Source of the DNA: Eledone cirrhosa
Lineage: Eukaryota
NCBI GenBank assembly: GCA_964016885.1
Contig: OZ024740.1
Span: 271,560,001 to 271,624,000 of the forward strand
Length of the DNA stretch: 64,000 nt
Reading direction: 5' to 3'
In this document: piece by piece, positions 24,479-39,154 of the stretch
Numbering within the stretch: the first letter of the stretch is position 1
Layout of the letters: the number at the start of each line of letters is the position of its first letter
The notes under the pieces: model-generated
Database searches by the model: none
Seen by the model: the letters and a program-made list of their open reading frames with translations, nothing else
Told to the model about the DNA's origin: nothing
Made by a program: the position numbers and the translations under genes

Positions 24479-27400
24479 ATCAGGTAATTTACAAAGCTGT
24501 TTCAGTTTAATTTTAAGTCAATAATAAGAATGAAGAGATGGATAGTTCACTAGCAGGAACATCCGTTATGAAAAAAAAAGAAAAATTTGGGGAGAGTGGT
24601 TGGGCATTCAGCCCTAATTGTGGAGATAAAGATATGTCTTCTTGAGAGAAAGAGGTGAGAGATGTGTAGATAGTCTTTGAAGATAATATAGCGACAAGTC
24701 TGGCTGAGATAAGGTAAGATAGGATTCACATTGTACCATTGGTAACTCTGAAAAAGAAAACAGATTGTTATATGAAATGGAAGTATTTAACCAGAAAAAA
24801 ATGTTTAATCTTCAACATAATTCTAACTATTATATTTAGGTTCTTTGCCTTTCATCCTTACGGGGTCAATGCCGAAAGTAGAAACAATTATATTTAGTAT
24901 GAACTATTTGGCTTCATTTTTATTGCTTGTTCAGGTAATATATAAAATACGACAGGAATACATGCTGTTTTACATGGACTTTTCCTTGTTAGATTTGGTG
25001 GAAATATTTTCAAACATTTTTACTTTGCATATATACTGTGTGCATACCAGCTTTCAAAATAGACACCATAAGCATATGCCGTAAGAGGCAACTAAGGACT
25101 GGCATCAGGAAAACACTGCAATCGTAAAAGCAAACATTAAAATGATAATGACTTGAGTATGAGGGCCATAACTAGTGTTAACCCAGTTACCAAACTGCCT
25201 GAAACCACCCTTGGTTCTATGATGCAAAACTGCCTACTTTAAAATGTTCATACTTATATTAAACCTATCATAATTTTATGTTAAACATTTTTCTTAAGTA
25301 TTGTTCTAGACACCAGCTTCATAAGAAAGTTAGTTAAATGCTAAATTCCTTCAAAAAACTTATTACTATCAAAATTAGTTGAAACACATTGACTATGTCT
25401 TTCATGAGAAATATGCTAAAAGGGTTAAGCTTCTGGCAAGTGAAGACTGCAGAATAAGTTCAGTTTCAGGTTGAGTTATTTTATTTGATTTAGCTCTCAA
25501 ATAGCCAGCTGCATTTAATAACCTGGCTGATTTGTTCTGGACATATAAAAATAAGGTCTTTGGTAAGGGACCCAACAACCTATTATTGGCTACAGGAATA
25601 TTGCATGTTGCTAGAGCAATTGATTTTACAGTTGGATAATCTTCTTACAACTCAACAACTGTGAATTAACCCATTAGCATTTAAACTGGCCGTATTCTCT
25701 CACCGCCTTCTGTTCAAACTGGCTGTAACTGGCCGCTTCAGCTATTTCTTACGTTTGAGTTTTCAAATTATTCCTATGGATTTCAAATACACTCACATTT
25801 CATCCCGATGATTTTCAAGTCAACAATGTTTATTTAACTAGGACAAGATTAGTAACAAACGCAAAATAGTAAGTGTAATAACTATTACACTGTATTTAAC
25901 ACTATTACTGCTCTTGCCTCTCTATAGAAACTATCCAACCAAAGTCACAAGTCTACCACATAAGCTGACCTTGTACAATTTTACCTCATAAAGGTGATGA
26001 CACAGGAGCAAGATCTCTGGTGCTATGCAGTAATACAGAAGACCTGCCATCCCATGTGCACAGGTTGATGCATACTCTTAGTATGTAGTACCTTCCTCCC
26101 TTCCATACACCTCCCACCCATCATCAGATGTGCCCCACCATGCACCACCCCCACTGTAAAGTGTTCGTGTTGGTGACATGGCAAAAAACACCCAATCAAC
26201 ACTGTAAAGTGTTCATGTAGGTGTCAAGACAAAAAATGCCCAGTACTCACTGTAAATGTGGTTGGCGTTAGGAAGAGCATCCGGCTGTAGAAACCTAGCC
26301 AAAATCAGTTCTGTATGAGCAAGACATGGTCACCTGACCTGACCTGTCTAAAACAGGACAACTTGTCTAATCCATGCTAGCATGGAAAAATGGATGTATG
26401 ACGATGATGATGAAATGAAGTCAGGAAGATAAAAATAAAATAGAAACAAAATATTAATTAGGTTATAATATCTTATGGAAATATAAGCTTATTACAGAGA
26501 AATAAGCAAGGAGGATGTATCTTGGTGGTTGTAATTGGCGGCAAAGAAAGGAATAAATGACAAGCAAACGTAACTTCATAAAAGAGCTCAAAATTCAAGT
26601 CGTTTCCAAATTGCCAGAACATCAAACAATCTCCCTGTAATTAATTCTATAAATGACCTACATTTTAAAGAAAGGTTGTTGTTTTCTTCTAGTATGACTG
26701 ACAACATTCTGATTGCAAGGCTAATTATAATGAGAACATAATAGACAAGGAATTACAGGCTTTGTGAGAAAAAAGCAAGTGAAATCACAAGATAAATAAA
26801 GAGCAGCCACAACTTTGAAACACTTGAAAGGACACTTAAAAATAGTTAAATTGGGAATATGAATTATATTCAGACACTAATGTCTGAACTTTACACAACA
26901 AAAATACATTTGGCAAGACTTCAACAATGAAAATCAGTTTTCTCTCAGCCTATGCATAAATATAAAAAAACACAGCACTCTGAAAATACGGTTATTGTCA
27001 TGAATAGAATTTATAAAAAGTTATGTGGTTATTTTTTTAAATATTGTTCAGTTTAAGAGTCCTACTACAAAAATATTACTAATGGGGTGGAATGGGGAAT
27101 ATATTTTATATTCGATGCCATTAATTATATATTTATTTAGGTAATCAAACAAGAGACAATGCAAAAAAGAAAAAAATAGGAGTTATAAAGAATTTCATAG
27201 CAACTTCACTTGACTTTTTCACTACCTCACCAAGCAAGCCAGCCAGCCACAGTAGCTTCAGTTAATATGATGAACTAGACAACCTTAGACACTCAATGTG
27301 GATGAGGTCTCCAAGACAGGAGATATGACAGTAAAGAATAAACAGGAAACTAGGCAGCAAATTGGCAAAGTCGTTAGAATGTCGGATAGAATGCTTTGTG

Positions 27401-27701
27401 ACATTTGTTTTGGTTCTCTGCTAGCTGAGTTCAAATCCCACCAAGGTCAACTTTGCCTTTCATCCATTCAATGTCTATAAAAAAAAAGTACTAGATTGAG
27501 TCTTCCTCTATACCTCTTTCTCACTTTCATTCTCTATCCTTTTCTGGAAAAAATCTATTGTGCTCAGACCTGGTGAGGGATGGGTGCCACCAGGTTTAAA
27601 AATACCCCTTAATGCTGGATGACAATACATCGCTCCCATGACTCCCTCAGGAGTTACGGGGACATACATATAACAGGAAACTATGCCAGCAAGGATTTCA
27701 T

Positions 27702-28386
27702 ATCCCGTTCTGACTCTAGCTACTGTACTTTCAGAGCACCCTCCACCACTGATGATTTTGTCACCCAGGTAACAGAAGGTGTCCACTATTTCTATAGAAC
27801 CATCTGGGCAATGGAATGAGCTAGTATTCTGTGGGCATTTGCTGCTACTTATTGCACCTGAGCACCGGCCACATATAAAATCTATATTCTTAGTTAGCTT
27901 ACCTGTGATCCTACTACATCTTTTATGCACCCATACTTTGCATTTGGGACATAAAATGGAGTTTCTGCCTACTCCTTTCCTACACACTGAGCATGGCCAT
28001 TTCCCAGATGGGACCAGTGCTCTATTTTCCTTCCTACATATTAGAACTTTAGTCTTAGACAAGTTAATTTTAAGGCCTTTTGATTCTAGGCCATGCTTCT
28101 ATGTTTGGAATTTTTTCTCTAGTTCAGCCATTGATTCAGCTATGAGCGTTAGATCATCTGCGTATAGAAGTTCCCATGGGCAGCCGGTCTTGAACTCCTC
28201 TGTTATAGCCTGGAGGGTGATAATAAATAGGAGGGAGCTAAGGACGGAGCCCTGATGAACACCAATTTTTACGCTAAACTCTTCACTATATTCGTTGTTA
28301 ATTCTAACCTTGCTGACTCTTTCTTTATACATGGCTTGTATAGCTCTCACAAGCCATTCATCAACACTTAGTTTTCTGAGAGCCCA
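27702..28386 (-). mobile_element. Internal RTE LINE fragment, same family as 42751-44268
   Basis: GVHQGSVLS, LLYADD, KWPCSVCRKGVGRNSILCPKCKVWVHKRC; near-identical to 43620-44265. Confidence 0.92.
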
Positions 28387-29750
28387 TATATATATTTAAA
28401 GAAAGACAGTATCACGTATACATCATCCTGGAGTGTTTATGCCTGATGACACTACAATCAGTCAATTGCTTCATCAACCAACACTGTTTACTTGGAATAA
28501 TTAGAGAGCGCGAGAAGAGAGAGAGACATTAAAGCCTTTGCTACTTATTCTGCTTCTTTTGTATTCAATAAGGAAAGTACTAGCCCAGTGCTGCTGCAGT
28601 CCTCTTTCCTTCCATCTGTCACATCCTGGATATTTCACTGGATCAAAGAAAGGAAGGTAGGTCGAGAAAGTGTCTTTGTCAGCTCCAACAGATAGTTTTT
28701 TTAATTTTACATGTGTGTGTGTTAATACAGAAGACCTGCCTTCCCATGTACACAGATTGAAGCATACATCTAGTATGCACCACTTTACCCTATCCTCCCC
28801 CTCCTACCATCTACCTCCCACGCCCTAACATTCCGCTCATGTCCTTACATCCCCATGCTTCAATCAATACAGTAAGGTGGTCATTTTGGTGTCACAACAA
28901 AAAGCGCCCAGCCCACACTGTAAAGTGTTCATTTCGGTGCCACTATAAAAAGCACCCATTCCATACTGTAAATGGGGTTGACGTTAGGAAGGGCAGCCAG
29001 CCATAGAAACCAAACCAAAATCAGTCCTGTATGAGCAAGATATGGTCATCTGATCTAAGACAACTTGTCTAACCCATACTAGCATGGAAAATGGATGTAA
29101 AACGGTGATGATGAGGATGATGAAAATCATCATTTAATGATTGCTTTCCCTGCTAGCAAGGGTTGGACGGGTCATCACACACAAACCAAGTCAGTACTCA
29201 GAGTTACTGATACTGACCTCCCAGATAAGTGAAGGGAGCAACATCCCACTTCTAGTGAGTACTCAGGTTGGAGGAGGGGGTGGCATTTGGCTTACATTCT
29301 TGCCCTCTGCCAAGTGCACTTTATCATAGCACCAGCATTGGGGAGGCTGTCAGGTCTTTCACACAGATGAGGAAATCCTCCTAAACCTTCATCTAGCAGG
29401 CTTTCTACAATTTGAAGCCCCTTCTATTAACAACCACTTTATAGGATGAACACGATGAATTTATCATGTAGATAAAGAAGAGTGATAAGTATGATGTCAT
29501 GGGTGTATGTCAAATATGGTAGAATTTGATACGGTGATAATATATGGGAGGAGAGGGGTGCCCGATAGTTTGATGGGGAGGGTGTGATGATAACAGCTAC
29601 TAAGGGGTTATGATTGGTATGTCAGGGTTTTAGAGAGGGGTAAGGGTGACCCCAAATAGAGTATGAGGTGTGCAGTGAAGGTGAGAATAGTTACTAAAGG
29701 CTGATAGCAAAGTGGGGCATGAATGGAGTGGGGTTTTATATATATATATA

Positions 29751-31959
29751 CTAGCAGAGGTACCTGGCGTTGCTTGGATATTAAATAGCAGTTGTGTATA
29801 CCATTTATGTCAATACTTCAGTGCTGCTTCGAAAAGTATACTTTTACAAAATCATCGGCTATTTCCAAAAGGGGTTCCTGCCCCCCAGGGGTCCCCTACT
29901 CAATATGTGCCAATTCTGAGAGTTCACATTCATCTGTAGGACAAACGTAGCCCATGTGTCAAGTTTTGTGAAAATCGGTTGCGAACTCCAGAAGTTATGA
30001 CGTTTTGTGGCATTGCTCTGCAGTGCTTCAGTCGACTCCAAGGAAGTGGTTAAAGTGGTTAAAGGTGTTATCTGCCAGGGGGCCCTATAATCAATATCTG
30101 GAAAAATGAAAGTGCCCATGACCATCTGGAGTACATAAGTAACCTATGTCTTAAGTTTGGTGAAAATACTGTAGAAATGCATAAGATTTATACATACGCG
30201 CGTGCGTTTGTGTGTGGGGGAGGGGGTATGTATTTGTGTGTGTGTATGTATGTGTGTGTGGGGGGATATGTATTTGTGTGTGCGTATGTATGTGTGTGTG
30301 GGTGTGTATGTATTTGTGCGTGTGTATGTATGTCCGTCGGGGCATACATATGTACTGGCCTAAATCTTCACTATTTACTTTTACTTTAATAACGCGTCAT
30401 TTTCATTTTCAATTTTATTTACTTCGTTCTTAAACTCGGGGGCTGAAAATCATTCTGTTATGTTAAATAGAATATTAGTCTAACGACTCCATTTATACCA
30501 TAAACTTGGTCTCGTCTTTGCATGAAATTGTTCTTCACGCTCCACATAACGATGTATTATCCTCGCTTTTTTTTCCGTTCATTGCCAGAGAACGTCTTCA
30601 CGAACCAAAATATCGTCTTCCTGTTTTTGTTCGGTTGCAACGTTTCTCGAAATATTTACTTCTGCGTTCACAAATTACTCTCAGTTCAATTTGAATGGGA
30701 AATTCCTGTTTCATCGATTTTCTCCGTAACCATGGAAGCTTGTAGTAGCCAAAAGTTTATTAACAGCGAAATAACGTTGTCTTTGATATGTTATTTTAAA
30801 TAAGACAATGATTTTCAAAATACTTGTTTCTACTTTAGGCACAAGGCCAGCAATTACCCAGTGCATTACTGGTACTTTATTTTATCGACCCCGTAAGGAT
30901 GAAAGGCAAAGTCAACCTCGGCGGAATTTGAACTCAGATTTGAACAATGATTTGAAAAATACTACTTACTGTTAGTGGTGGTTAACATGTATTAGAAATA
31001 AAATGAAAATGATATCTGAAAAAACGTACTTGAGAACATGACTCCCTTCTTCGCAATTTAAGGGTTTTATTTCTTTTGATGGAAAACAGTGACTGTTTTC
31101 GGTTTGGCATTTCGTAAAATGGTACTGCAGAATTGATTTCATAAAACGGTACTGTATGATAGTTTACACTTTGATTGCCCTGGTCAGCAAGAGGGGCCTC
31201 TATATATTAGATATTTATTAGAAGAGGGGGAAATAACTAACCCCAGTATTAGAACAGGGGGTTCGCAATGTAAGGGTTTTATTTCTTTTGTTAGAAAACA
31301 GTTACCTTTTTCGTTTTGGCATTTCGTAAAATTCTACTGCAGAATCGATTTCATAAAACAGTACTGTATGGTCGTTATAGAAGTATTTAAATTTAATATG
31401 GAGCAATTGTATTTTAAAAATGAAAATGAAACGTACTGTAGTAGCCAAAAGTTTATTAACAGCGAAATAACGTTGTCTTTGATATGTTATTTTAAATAAG
31501 ACAATGAATTGAAAAATACTACTCACTGTTAGTGGTGGCTAACATGTATTAGAAATAAAATGAAATCTGAAAAAACGCACTTGAGAACATGACTCCCTTC
31601 TTCGCATTTTAAGGGTTTTATATCTTATATCTTTTGATGGAAAACAGTGACCGTTTTCGGATTGGCATTTCGTAAAATGGTACTGTATGTTAACAGCAAA
31701 AGAAAGCTGCGAAAGAACGCAGCGAAATAAATTGATGAGTTAGTATTAGAACAGGGGGAAATAACTCACCGAACGCGATAGTTTTGGGGCCCCAGGGACG
31801 ACATTTTTCAAGTTAGAGATTTGAAACCTCATCTATTTGCTTCCTTGGCACTTTTTACATAGGTGTGTAAATTTCCATGTCCGTCCGACCACGTCTACTA
31901 CCATTTAACCGTGCACATCTGAATTTCAACCACCGCCCATTTCACAAATATATATTAGA
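29751..31959 (-). mobile_element. Non-autonomous Helitron (composite)
   Basis: Minus strand reads A|TCTAATATATA ... ccaagcaacgccaggtacctctgCTAG|T: 5' TC, 3' CTAG preceded by a GC-rich subterminal motif, inserted in AT with no TSD. Second TCTAATATATA 5' end at 31211; internal (GT/GTAT)n and duplicated blocks. Confidence 0.75.
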
Positions 31960-32122
31960 TATATATGAAAAGAGTCAGGATGGCTGAGCTCCGGCTGTTT
32001 CGAAAAGGCCAGAGCTCAGCCATCAGAGTCCTGACTCTTTTCATATTACCCGCTCTACTACCTTAAGTATCAAGTACTCTGGTGCATTATGGTCCACCTG
32101 GTATCTTGCCACACCTTCTTTG

Positions 32123-32157
<35 letters not shown>

Positions 32158-34033
32158 CACACACACACACACGTATGTATTATGTGTGTGTGTGTTATCA
32201 GCATTTAACATCCACTATCTCTGCTACAAGGGTTGTGTATATTTGATTGTATATATTTGTGTGTGTGTGTATATAAGAAAAGGCAAGGGAATAAATACAA
32301 TGATGATATCATCATCATCAACGTAGTTTAAAGTCTATTTTCCTTGCTTGCATGGGTGAGATGTGCAGTCACGTTTTGAGGTCAAACAGGCCAGGTGACC
32401 ATGTCATATACTCCATTTTTGGCTTTTGGCCTGGTTTCTTATTACTGGATGTCCTTAATACCAATCACATAAAATTGTGTTCTGGAAGCTTTTTTCATTG
32501 CACCAGCACTACCACTTTATCGGTGGACTGGGTGCTTTTTTTTTGGGGGGGGGGGGGGGGGGGGGCAACATTGTGGCACCAGCACAACCACCTTACAGGG
32601 TCGACTGAGTGTGTTTTATCATGCCACCAAAGCTACATCTGAATGCTCATTGTGTCCATGACCCTGCTGGTGAGACAATAACAAGAGTAAGATGAGAGCA
32701 AGTCTCAGGCCACATGTTGCTTGCTAAGGATGGGAACATTACACAATGTGGGAGAGCAATTGGTGTGTCATAAAGCAAGGGTGAGGGGTGGAGGGCTTGA
32801 AGAGAGTTATGCTTGGGAGTAAATTGTGAAATGTGTCCTACTTTCTATGTATGCATGGGTTAGAGGAGCCAGACTATGGTGGTTGCCAAGGAGACATCCC
32901 ACCATGGGAAAAGGAAGCACCAAATCATGAAATCAGCCCCCCCCCCCCTTTTTGTTTACGTTCGACAATATCCAATCTCATTCGCTTACATACAGAGTAG
33001 GGTCGAACTTGTCAAATCGGACCAGGGAAACAATGTTTCCATTGCTGATACTATCTACCAGTCGCAACTCCTGCTAGAAAGAGTAATGTGAAATAAATTG
33101 TCTTACTCAAGGACATAATGCATCACCCAGTCCAGGAATTGAACTCGCAATCTCACAATTGCAAATCCAGTTCTCTAACCAATGAGACATGTGCCTTCAC
33201 AACCCTTTTAATTACCTCTTACTACATGCAAAGTTATGGAGTACCTGTTCTTAAAACCAGGATTCACATGATTGTAGCACTTGATCCACCAGACTTATGA
33301 TCAAATATACTTATCTCATCTTTTAAACATTCAGACTGCCACAACCCTCACATTCCTACAACTGTCCATACTCCACTGACCTGTAGATATTTGGTACCAA
33401 CCTCACATGTCTGTAGGAAGGAAGGTTCGTATTGCAAAAGAGCATGAGCACTGTCCCTTCTCATCTGACTATATATGTATATATATATATATATTTTAAG
33501 ATTAAGATGTTTTACTAACAAAACATATACAATGATGGAAATATTAAAAAAGGATAAAAACAAAATAAGTAGTGAAAAAAAAAGGGAAAGGGGTAAAAGG
33601 CAGATCTGGCTGTATAGAAAAGGACTATAAATGCCATAAATGAGAAGAAAAGGAGGGAAAGAGCAAGGACTATTAGGCAACGGAGGAGAGAGGGGATAAG
33701 GGGAGAGGGTGACAAACTACACCTGGGTTGGGGTGTGTTGCAGCTGCACCCCGCAGTCAAAACTGCAATGGCGTTTCCACAGACAACGACCAACGACACC
33801 TGCTGCAACAGAAAATTTTAGAAAAGCTTAATGCCAAAAATTAAAAGAGAAACAAAATCCCTAACATCAGTGACCAGAGAAATCCATGAACAACCGATTT
33901 GCTTACTATATATCTTCTACTATCTCGCTCCTTCATAAAAAAAAAAAATAAACAGTCATTGTAATATGTATGGATCTGTAATTCTTAATTAAGTCATATC
34001 AGTACTGTATATGGTGTAACCTGAGCACTTTAA

Positions 34034-34254
34034 CCCTTTAGCATTTACATTATTCTATATTTACTATTGTATTTTCACAGTAAAGGCTTTATCTTACACA
34101 ATTATCTCACACAATATCGAATCTATGCGATTTTGATATTATTTATTTTGAGAACAATGCCTTAACATCATCATGAGCAGCCAGTTACGGCCTGTTTGAA
34201 CAGAGAGAGGTGAGAGAGTTCTGGCTGGATACAACCAGTTTAAATGCTAAAGGG
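34034..34254. mobile_element. piggyBac-like MITE, about 220 bp
   Basis: TTAA|CCCTTTAGCATTT ... AAATGCTAAAGGG|TTAA. Confidence 0.85.
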
Positions 34255-34528
34255 TTAAACCTGTCAATGTCTATCCCCTCTTTGGGTCTGAACGTAGCCA
34301 ATTTCTTCCAGAGAGAAAGAGAGGGTGAAAAAGAGACTGAGAAGAAGAATCAACCCCAGTACTGGACTGGTAGTTTTTTTTTATCAATCTCAAAAAGATG
34401 GAAAACAAAGTTGACCATGACAGGATTTGAACTTAAAATTTAGAGAGCCACAACAAATAGTGCCAAAAGATTCTATCTGACGTTTTAACAACTCCGCCAA
34501 TTCGACGCTTACATTGCAATATTCTAAA

Positions 34529-34587
<59 letters not shown>

Positions 34588-36103
34588 CAATTAAAGTGAT
34601 ACATGGGCGATTCCTAACAACACTAAATTTAACCTCTGTATTGAAAATAATATTCTACCATCCAATCTCTTTCCTCACACTACTTCCCATACAACTAAAA
34701 TAAACTTCATCATATTTGGTTTCCCAAGAAAACTGGACATTTATTACATAATAGAATTTAAAAAAAAAAAGAAAGAAAAGGCGTCCAAAGTTAAAATATG
34801 GGAGGACTTTAGGGTTAAGCTGGAATCTGACTTCAGATCAGCAAAAAGGTGTACTGGCAGACCATCCGCTGATTTCGTAATAAGAAGCTTGCTATCAAGA
34901 ATGCGCCTGAATTTTCCTCTCTCCAGAAAGGTGCATCCTCACGAGGTGGAGAGAATACTTTGCTGATCTCCTAAACCCAATTACAACAGATTTTCTGGGA
35001 GCAGTGACTAATCTCTCAGAAATTGAGGTCACAAGAGCAGTTAAAGAGTTAAAATGGGGCAAGGCCTCTGGGGAAGATGAAATCTGGCCAGAGATGTTAA
35101 AAGCCTTAAATAGAGAAGGTATTCTCTGGCTGACTCATGTGTGCCAGGTGGCCTGGATCTCTGTTCCAGCACCTTAGCCTTGCTATCACCCATGGTAACA
35201 CTAGCAGTGTTGACTTGCCTCAAAAAGTATTAGAGGGAGGCTCCAGCACTCCTTCTGGTGTGTAACAGAGAGGAAGTGAGAAAGAGACATAAAAAGAGAC
35301 ACCAGAAACAGTACTTTATTTAGACAGCAGTAGTGTACACAGCAACAGTGTAAGATAAGATAGTGTACACAACACTACTGCAAGGTAAGACTGTGTACTC
35401 AGCAACAGTTTACGACAGTATACACTTTTCTTTTTTTCAGGTACAGTACATCTTAAACTGCAATATTTAATGAGCCCTTCCATTTTTTAAGATGGGCGTG
35501 ATATGAGGGATATTTGGCAGCTATTTGGAGTTCAAATAGTCACACTATTCATACAAACATCCTACGTAACTTATGAGAAAGAAAAAAAAACCTATCTCAT
35601 AGCAGTAGGAAGTCAAAAGTTCAATCAGCAATGATTGGCTATATTTAGTGAAGAGTTAATTAAAGCTAAATTATAATCAAACGTTTGTCTTCTTTACACC
35701 ACTTTGACACCACTGCCTTTTTGCAGATTATTCCTATTCATACACAAATAATTAAATTACTAATGATTACTACTTCAAATTTACCATATCAATTACTCTG
35801 GGGTCCCAAATAATAAGGGGTGGGTAGGAAAATCGGTGATTTTTCTAGGTCGTCTCCGTTTGATTTTTTTTTTAATAACAGAATTAGTTTAGTTCACATA
35901 CTGAGAACCCAACCTATCCTATTTATCTTATTTTATCTTATAACGTATGGGATTTCTAGTAATACATTTTTTTTTTGTCATGTATAAAGAAAATTGTCGC
36001 AGAAATGCTACCACTTAAAATAAAATTTCGCCGGAGATGGATTAGCAAAATTTAATAAGCAGAAGGGTATGATTATTCGAGACCCGAGAGTAGATGTCTA
36101 AAG

Positions 36104-36365
36104 CAGCGTTTCTCAACCTTTTAACTCTTGTGGAACCCTTGAAATAGTATTCATGTCTCAGGAAACCCCTGCATAAAAATTATTATATACCATTATTAGT
36201 ATCTATCTTTTTTATATTTTTATCGTAGTTCAGTAGTTCACATAGTAAACATATTTTGGGGGGGATAACTGGTTTATTTATCATAGATAGCTTGTTTATC
36301 ACTGTTGCTTGCGGAACCTGTTGTAGAACCCTAGGGTTCCAGGGAACACCAGTTGAGAAACGCTG
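36104..36365. mobile_element. hAT (Charlie-like) MITE
   Basis: TIR CAGCGTTTCTCAAC / GTTGAGAAACGCTG; 8-bp TSD GTCTAAAG / GCCTAAAG. Confidence 0.85.
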
Positions 36366-39154
36366 GCCTAAAGTCTGACTTCATTTCTAGAGGGTTTAGG
36401 CCCTATGTAAAAAAAAAAATGTAAAATACCTCTTGATCCCTTTAAAGATTTTAAGACACAGTACTTTAATTTCGTTTTCCTGACTTGAAAGAATAATGCA
36501 TTTCGGGATCTATTACAAGCATTATTGGTAAATGATATGCTATTTACTCTTGACAACTATGTGAACTGTGATACAGTGTAGAATTAAATGAACTACCAAA
36601 ATAAACAGTAAACCCTGGAGCTGATTAGATACTGCCAATCAGCTAAGATAAATAATTGTTTCTACTTTTGGCACAAGGCCAGCAATTACCCCCAGTACAT
36701 TACTGGTACTTTATTTTATCGACCCAGTAAGGATGAAAAACAAAGCTAACCTCGGCGGAAATAATACAAAACAAATATTGTTCCATCAATATGCTCACCA
36801 TCAGCTTATCTATTTGTTAGAGGCTCTTGTTAACCACTTCTCAGGGGATGAGCGGGAAAACAATCGATCTTTGTCAAATGGTTTCGAAAAGCTAGTTGGC
36901 TGGCAAGCAGAAAATCCGTTTTTAAAATGAATTGAGGTTGTTTAATGTTAAGGAAACAACACGAACAAGATAATTCCGTGAAGATACTGGAGCTTTGGTC
37001 GTTGTCAATGCGAACCCAAACGTAAATGAAGCGAAACAGCATACATAGTTTGGAGGAAGGGGACACAGGAGACATGGTAGGTAGACAATATGAGTAATGG
37101 AAAGAGTAGACAAAAACGCAGGTAAAATATATGAAAAAAAAGGGAAGTGGTGGAGAATAAATATGTCTAAATCGATGGAAGAAATAAAAAATGAAAGAGT
37201 GAGAGTGAAAGAAAAAAATATATTCGGTTGGGTTAATAAAAAAAAGAATTAAGATCCATAGATAAAACTGCATAGAGTATCGAGAATAGTTACACACCAA
37301 GCCCGTAACATGAAAATGATTATATGACAGGCAAGCAAATGTAGTTAAGTGTTATGAGGGACTTTTTAAATACTAATCCTGTAAAGGATCTGGTAGAAAT
37401 CATCAGTTTGGAGTTTGTAAAGATGAAAGGAAGAGACTAGACGTTGATGTTTTTTCTTTTGTTTTTTTAGGTGTTTCCCAAACCACAACGTTCACTCAAA
37501 ACACTAGAAATATTAATTAAGCTAGTTTTAAAAACGAAAGGACGGACACATTAGATGATGTAATCTTAGATACCATGTTGGAATAAATACGAGATGGTGA
37601 CAATTGGAATGCCTTTGATCATATGTTTGTTTGATCAGGGCTGATTGCTTATAACTGGCATCCATCGGAGACAGAATAGTCCTAGAAAATGTATCAACCA
37701 TAGAAGTTGGGGCTTTATGAGAACGTTTTCGGGTGAGGAGGTGTAATGTTACACTACGCTGTTTCTTTTTCATTTACACGCGCACACATTTCCATTATTT
37801 ACATCCGTTAATTAAAAACAAAATAACCTAACCGGATATAGGTTAGTCATAAACTAAATATATATATAGGATGAAATTTCGCATTTCCTAAGTGGTTGAG
37901 GCAATATTGATTTTCTCCTAGCAAAGCTATAGTTGAATGAACAGGCACCGGTATATTAGTGCTTATGTTATAAAGTATGTTTATAATTATGTTTATCTTG
38001 CCTTAATAAAATAAAAAGTTATGTCGATCTTGGCGGTACGTGGAAGCCACTGGTGTGAGCATTATTTACATTAAACTAGACAATAATATGCTAATATACG
38101 ATTACATTCTTAACTACCTTTTCCACGCGTAAGCAACAGGTTGTCAAAATCGGGACCTCTATGCAGTCTACCGACACGCTTGGATAAGTAACCAATTCTC
38201 CTTCGAATTACACTCAGTTGGGTTGTTTTTTTAATAGAAGGAACACATTAGATAGTGTAGTCGTAGACATATTGTGCCTGAAACAAGACGTGATTGTCTT
38301 GGTTCTGATTATAAGCTTGCTTAATAAGGACTAACCTGAAGCTTAACTGTTTACTGTTTCATTTGCTCTCAGATATACATATATGTCATAGTTATGGGTT
38401 CACTCTGGGGTGAACTGCAAAGTACTGAAAAAAATACCCAATACTGAAGAATGGTGTGTTAGTGTGTATGAATGGATAGATAAGTTAATGCTATAAAACA
38501 TAGCGCTAATTGGTTACTAATGCTATTGGCAGATTGGAAATAAGTTTTCTGTTAATAAATTTAGTAATTCAAAGAGAGGGGAAGGAATCACCGTTCTCGA
38601 TGTATCAAAACAAAGCCCTCTTGCGGAATTGCCCAAAGTTTTAGTCAATTCTTTATAACGAGGATGTGATTTATGAATAATGCTAACAATGATCATTTTT
38701 AATCAAAGAATTTCAATTCCATTCCTCAGATGCCACTTCCGGTTATTTTGCAAAGTGAACTTCGACTTTGAAACCCTTGGTTACAAGAGGGTCTTTATAA
38801 ATGGTAGTTCATGTAAGTGATTAACAAGAACTCCCATATAGAAGTTTTGTATACCGATTAAGCAAAACCCATTGATGGAGCAGTTCGCTTCGCAAATTAT
38901 GAGGTCCTGAGTTCGATTATACCGCATGGCATAATGGACAAGTCTCTCTTTTATCATAAATAATCTTGAGTGGACCCAAGACTTCTGAGTGATACGGAGA
39001 AGGTAGAAACTAGAAACGCGTCGGATAAACTGTATTTGTAATTCAAAGGGTCAGCCTTCTCCGCTCTATTAGTATTAGTTATGCTGACTCGATCTGATAA
39101 TTATGTTAACCCTTAAAGTAATACAAGTGAGTGTGGTACACTCAGCTAATACAA

